A stretch of 64,000 nt of DNA from Candidatus Hydrogenedens sp. (lineage in GTDB: Bacteria; Hydrogenedentota; Hydrogenedentia; Hydrogenedentales; Hydrogenedentaceae). The stretch lies in assembly GCA_035361075.1 (NCBI GenBank), contig DAOSBX010000003.1, positions 20,359 through 84,358 on the forward strand, read 5' to 3'. The notes beneath the pieces were generated by a model, which searched no databases, was not told where the DNA came from, and saw only the letters and a list, made by a program, of their open reading frames with translations. This document shows positions 61,391 through 64,000 of this stretch, one piece after another. Every line of letters starts with the position of its first letter. The stretch's first letter is position 1. The translations under genes were made by a program, and so were the position numbers.

Positions 61391-61427
61391 AAGAAACGCG
61401 CAGATACAAAATATTTTACCTGCGCGT
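61391..61427 (-). terminator. Rho-independent terminator downstream of cpoB/ybgF
   Basis: On the minus strand the sequence reads ACGCGCAG-gt-AAAATATTTT-gtat-CTGCGCGT followed by TTTCTTGTG. This is a GC-rich 8-bp stem in an AT-rich region, 24 nt after the cpoB stop. Confidence 0.55.
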
Positions 61428-61451
61428 AGTTATAATACTGAAAAACAATTC

Positions 61452-62369
61452 TTATTGGGGAGATTTTTGTAACTTTTCCAGGTCTGCTCTTGCCTGGTCC
61501 GCGGCAGGAGAAGTTGGATATTTTTCAATAACCTCTTTTAATAACTGTACTGCTTTCTCTGTTTGGCCTAATCTGGAATAGGCTACAGCCTCATTCTGTA
61601 AAGCAATGGGGACTTTACTATGGTTTGGAAAGTTATTCTTTAATGTCTCAAAATCTTGAATTGCGTCTTGATATCGATTTAGGTTAAACAAACATTTTGC
61701 TTTCCAGAACAAAGCGTTAGGAGTTGTCTCCTGAGTAGGAAACGTTTTAATGTGTTTGTCAAATCTTGCCAATGCTTCTTCATACTTTTCATTTGCAAAG
61801 AGATTTTGTGCCTCTTGATAGTCCTTTTGAGCATCTTGGACAGGCGGTGTCGTTGAAGTTGTTACAGGTTCTACAGTAGTGGGTGTCGCTGTTTTAGGTT
61901 GTGTCGTCTGTTGTTGCTGTTGAGCCTGAGGAGGTGGAGGAGGAGGCAATGTTTGAATTGGAGGTGCTTGTGCTGAACTTGGTGGTAAAATGTCTACATT
62001 TGCAACAACCTCTTTTGAAGGGCTTACTCCTGATGGAGGTGGAGTACCCCCTACAGATAGATTTAAATGACGATAAAGAGTGGATTTTAGTTCACTTAAT
62101 TCTTTATTTAACTGATTTAACTTTATCTGATTTTCTTCTATTGTCGACTTCAAATCCTTCATTATTTGGTCATTATTCTCTAACTTTACAGAAAGGTCTG
62201 CAAATGTAGTATTAATTCCGTCAAACCCCTTGTCCAATTTAGTTACACGGCGGTGCATATCATAAATTACTGTTTCAACTTGCTTACCACCTGTAGTTCC
62301 GCATGATGTTGATAAATATAAAACAATGACAATTAGAGCATAAGATATACACCGCCATGTTGTATTCAT
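61452..62369 (-). CDS. cpoB: Tol-Pal system protein CpoB/YbgF (coiled coil + Pro/Gln/Thr linker + TPR)
   Basis: Lipobox-like LSTSC, an N-terminal coiled coil, the linker PPPPPPQAQQQQQTTQPKTATPTT, and C-terminal YbgF-type TPRs (FPNHSKVPIALQNEAVAY..., IEKYPTSPAADQA). It lies immediately downstream of pal. Confidence 0.75.
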   Translation of the reverse strand: MNTTWRCISYALIVIVLYLSTSCGTTGGKQVETVIYDMHRRVTKLDKGFDGINTTFADLSVKLENNDQIMKDLKSTIEENQIKLNQLNKELSELKSTLYRHLNLSVGGTPPPSGVSPSKEVVANVDILPPSSAQAPPIQTLPPPPPPQAQQQQQTTQPKTATPTTVEPVTTSTTPPVQDAQKDYQEAQNLFANEKYEEALARFDKHIKTFPTQETTPNALFWKAKCLFNLNRYQDAIQDFETLKNNFPNHSKVPIALQNEAVAYSRLGQTEKAVQLLKEVIEKYPTSPAADQARADLEKLQKSPQ

Positions 62370-62405
62370 AAATAATCTCCTAATATGTTTTTAATTATAA
62401 AACTT

Positions 62406-62933
62406 TTACTGGGCACGATTAAACTCTACACGACGATTTTTTGCCCATGCAGATTCATCATGTCCTGGGTCTGCTGGATATTCTTCACCATAACTAATTG
62501 TAACTAATCTTGATGCAGGGATACCTAACTTAATGAGATAGTCGCGAACCGCAAGTGCTCTACGTTCTCCCAAAGCAAGGTTATACTCTTGCGTTCCACG
62601 TTCATCACAATGTCCCGCTAATTGGATAATGACATTCGGCACTTGCTTAATTTTTTCCGCATTCTTTTGCAATGTTGCAATAGCGTCTGGTCTTAATGCA
62701 GAACTATCAAAATCAAAGTATACAGTTTCTAACCCGTATTTACTGCCAGGAGTAAACAATAAACTTTCAAGATCCAACTCAGGTTGTCCCTCTCCACTCG
62801 GTTTCTCAGCAGTCGGTGTTTCAATTCCTGTATCAATAGGAGGGGTCTTCTTATGTTTACAACCCATTGCAAAAACTAATGTTACCGCTAAAATTAATGT
62901 GATAATTGTGTAATAAACGTTGTTTTTAATCAT
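62406..62933 (-). CDS. pal: Peptidoglycan-associated lipoprotein Pal (OmpA-like domain)
   Basis: Lipobox VFAMGC and an OmpA_C core: VYFDFDSSALRPDA...LAGHCDERGTQEYNLALGERRALAVRDYL...NRRVEF. Confidence 0.9.
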   Translation of the reverse strand: MIKNNVYYTIITLILAVTLVFAMGCKHKKTPPIDTGIETPTAEKPSGEGQPELDLESLLFTPGSKYGLETVYFDFDSSALRPDAIATLQKNAEKIKQVPNVIIQLAGHCDERGTQEYNLALGERRALAVRDYLIKLGIPASRLVTISYGEEYPADPGHDESAWAKNRRVEFNRAQ

Positions 62934-63194
62934 GTGATAATCTCCTTTTGTTGTTTAGTTTATTTGGAAACAAATATAATTCTTTCCTCTTTACACAATC
63001 TTATTTTCTGAGGAAGGTATCATTATTATAGACTAAAATCGAATAGAAATACAAGTCTTTTAGTCTTTGTTATTTATAATCATATAAACGTTGAAAAAGT
63101 TTTAAAAAACAAAAAATTTTTTGTTTTGTGTTATTTAATTGAAGTTCGATAATATTATTCAGATTAAATTAAAAAAATAACATTGGAAAATTTT

Positions 63195-63929
63195 ATGAGC
63201 AAAAGTATCCTCCAAATTGAAAATCTTTACCTGAAGTTCCATGATAAGGAAATTTTAAGAGGTATTAATATTGAGATATGGGAAGGCCATATCCATGCCA
63301 TAATAGGTCCAAATGGTGCAGGGAAGTCAACTCTTGTTTCTACTATTATGGGTTTGCCTGGATACAATCCAGAAAAAGGAAAAATATTTTTTCTGGGAGA
63401 GGATATAACCAATACTCCTATTTATGATAGAGCCAAAAAAGGCTTAACATTGGCGTGGCAAGAACCTGCACGTTTTGAAGGTCTTTCCGTAAAGAAATTT
63501 ATTCTAACAGGAGCAAAAAATAAATGTCATAAAAAAGCAGAAGAAGTCCTTGAAATGGTTGGATTAGAGCCAGGAAAATATCTTGACAGAGCGGTTGATA
63601 AAACATTAAGTGGCGGAGAAAGAAAAAGAATTGAATTGGCATCTATTATCGCTATGGAACCAAAACTTATTCTGCTTGACGAACCCGATTCAGGAATAGA
63701 TATTGATGCATTACAAAAAATATTTACACTCTTACAACAATTAAAACAGCAAGGCATAACTGTGGCACTAATTACTCATAGCCTTTCTGTATTAAAACAG
63801 GCAGACCATGCATTCTTAATGTGTTGTGGTAAAGTCTTAGATAAAGGAAATGTAGATAGAATCGCTTCTTATTTCCAAAATAAATGTATTCCTTGTAATC
63901 ATGGAAAATTACAAGATGAATCGATATAG
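63195..63929 (+). CDS. sufC: Fe-S cluster assembly ATPase SufC
   Basis: The ATG at 63195 gives MSKSILQIENL. Walker A GPNGAGKSTL, SufC-like LAWQEPARFEGL, signature LSGGERKR, Walker B LILLDEPDSGIDIDAL, H-loop ITHS. The ~245 aa size is typical. Confidence 0.8.
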   Translation: MSKSILQIENLYLKFHDKEILRGINIEIWEGHIHAIIGPNGAGKSTLVSTIMGLPGYNPEKGKIFFLGEDITNTPIYDRAKKGLTLAWQEPARFEGLSVKKFILTGAKNKCHKKAEEVLEMVGLEPGKYLDRAVDKTLSGGERKRIELASIIAMEPKLILLDEPDSGIDIDALQKIFTLLQQLKQQGITVALITHSLSVLKQADHAFLMCCGKVLDKGNVDRIASYFQNKCIPCNHGKLQDESI

Positions 63930-63965
63930 ATAATTCTAAAACTGAATATAGGTAGGAAATCCAAA

Positions 63966-64000
63966 ATGACAAAGTCTGAATTAGTAATGGATATGTTAAA
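63966..64000 (+). CDS. 5' end of a downstream CDS (probably another suf gene); truncated by window edge
   Basis: The ATG at 63966 is preceded by AGGTAGGAAA and translates to MTKSELVMDML.... Too little sequence is present to identify it. Confidence 0.3.
   Translation, partial: MTKSELVMDML

Noticed and set aside
61880-62040. Locally GC-rich, CAA/CCA/CCT-repetitive stretch
   Set aside because: It is the coding sequence of the Pro/Gln/Thr-rich linker of CpoB/YbgF, not foreign DNA or a repeat element.
1-64000. Search for mobile elements, prophage, CRISPR-Cas, toxin-antitoxin or known defence genes, and for a tRNA-associated island at 57218-57294
   Set aside because: No transposase, integrase, recombinase, Cas, restriction or phage-like ORFs were recognised, and no direct repeats flank the tRNA-Asp. 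Both sides of the tRNA are housekeeping-type operons.

Overview
This is an AT-rich, very gene-dense chromosomal segment with about 52 CDS and one tRNA-Asp. I saw no rRNA, CRISPR array, transposase, integrase or phage genes. It comes from a diderm, LPS-making bacterium. The fused lpxC-fabZ, DUF1573 protein, Tat-exported Gfo/Idh/MocA enzyme, many glycoside-hydrolase-like genes and acidic Gly/Glu linkers suggest an uncultured low-GC lineage, but the phylum cannot be assigned from this window.

Gene content by region:
- 1-14 kb (+ strand): clp-family chaperone 3' end, then bamA-skp-lpxD-lpxC/fabZ, a HlyD/ABC/ABC-2 exporter, and an MFS / phosphatidylcholine synthase / GT-C membrane protein / PPTase-like operon.
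- 14-29 kb: a Tat-exported oxidoreductase (- strand), then on the + strand ExeA-like ATPase, cytoplasmic hybrid histidine kinase, 7xLysM lytic transglycosylase, PEBP, GH38 mannosidase, PsiE-like protein, and an ABC/ABC-2 pair followed by an unusual membrane protein.
- 29-47 kb: an orphan GspE-type ATPase with a sugar nucleotidyltransferase, large glycoside-hydrolase-like proteins, glyQS, a methyltransferase, glutaminyl cyclase, a radical SAM/SPASM enzyme, a ceramidase-like 7-TM protein, Dabb and SDR.
- 47-64 kb: a 960-aa secreted SGNH/Ig/acidic-repeat/dockerin-like protein, an aminotransferase, a TPR GT-C protein, the dtxR-feo locus, tRNA-Asp, a nagK-like/DUF1573/zinc-ribbon/UDP-sugar-pyrophosphorylase operon, cpoB-pal, and the start of suf.

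I found no clear instance of a known defence, mobile or secretion system. The best candidates for undescribed biology are:
- (i) the ABC/ABC-2 operon ending in a non-pilin protein with two GspG-like modules, convergent with an orphan GspE ATPase fused in an operon to a nucleotidyltransferase;
- (ii) the four-gene GlcNAc-kinase ... UDP-sugar pyrophosphorylase operon that brackets two unknown proteins;
- (iii) the MFS-pcs-GT-C-PPTase lipid/envelope operon;
- (iv) the divergent glutaminyl cyclase / radical SAM-SPASM pair;
- (v) a C-terminal duplicated dockerin-like module on a giant secreted esterase.

All functional calls come from motif recognition by eye, and none was verified by a database search.
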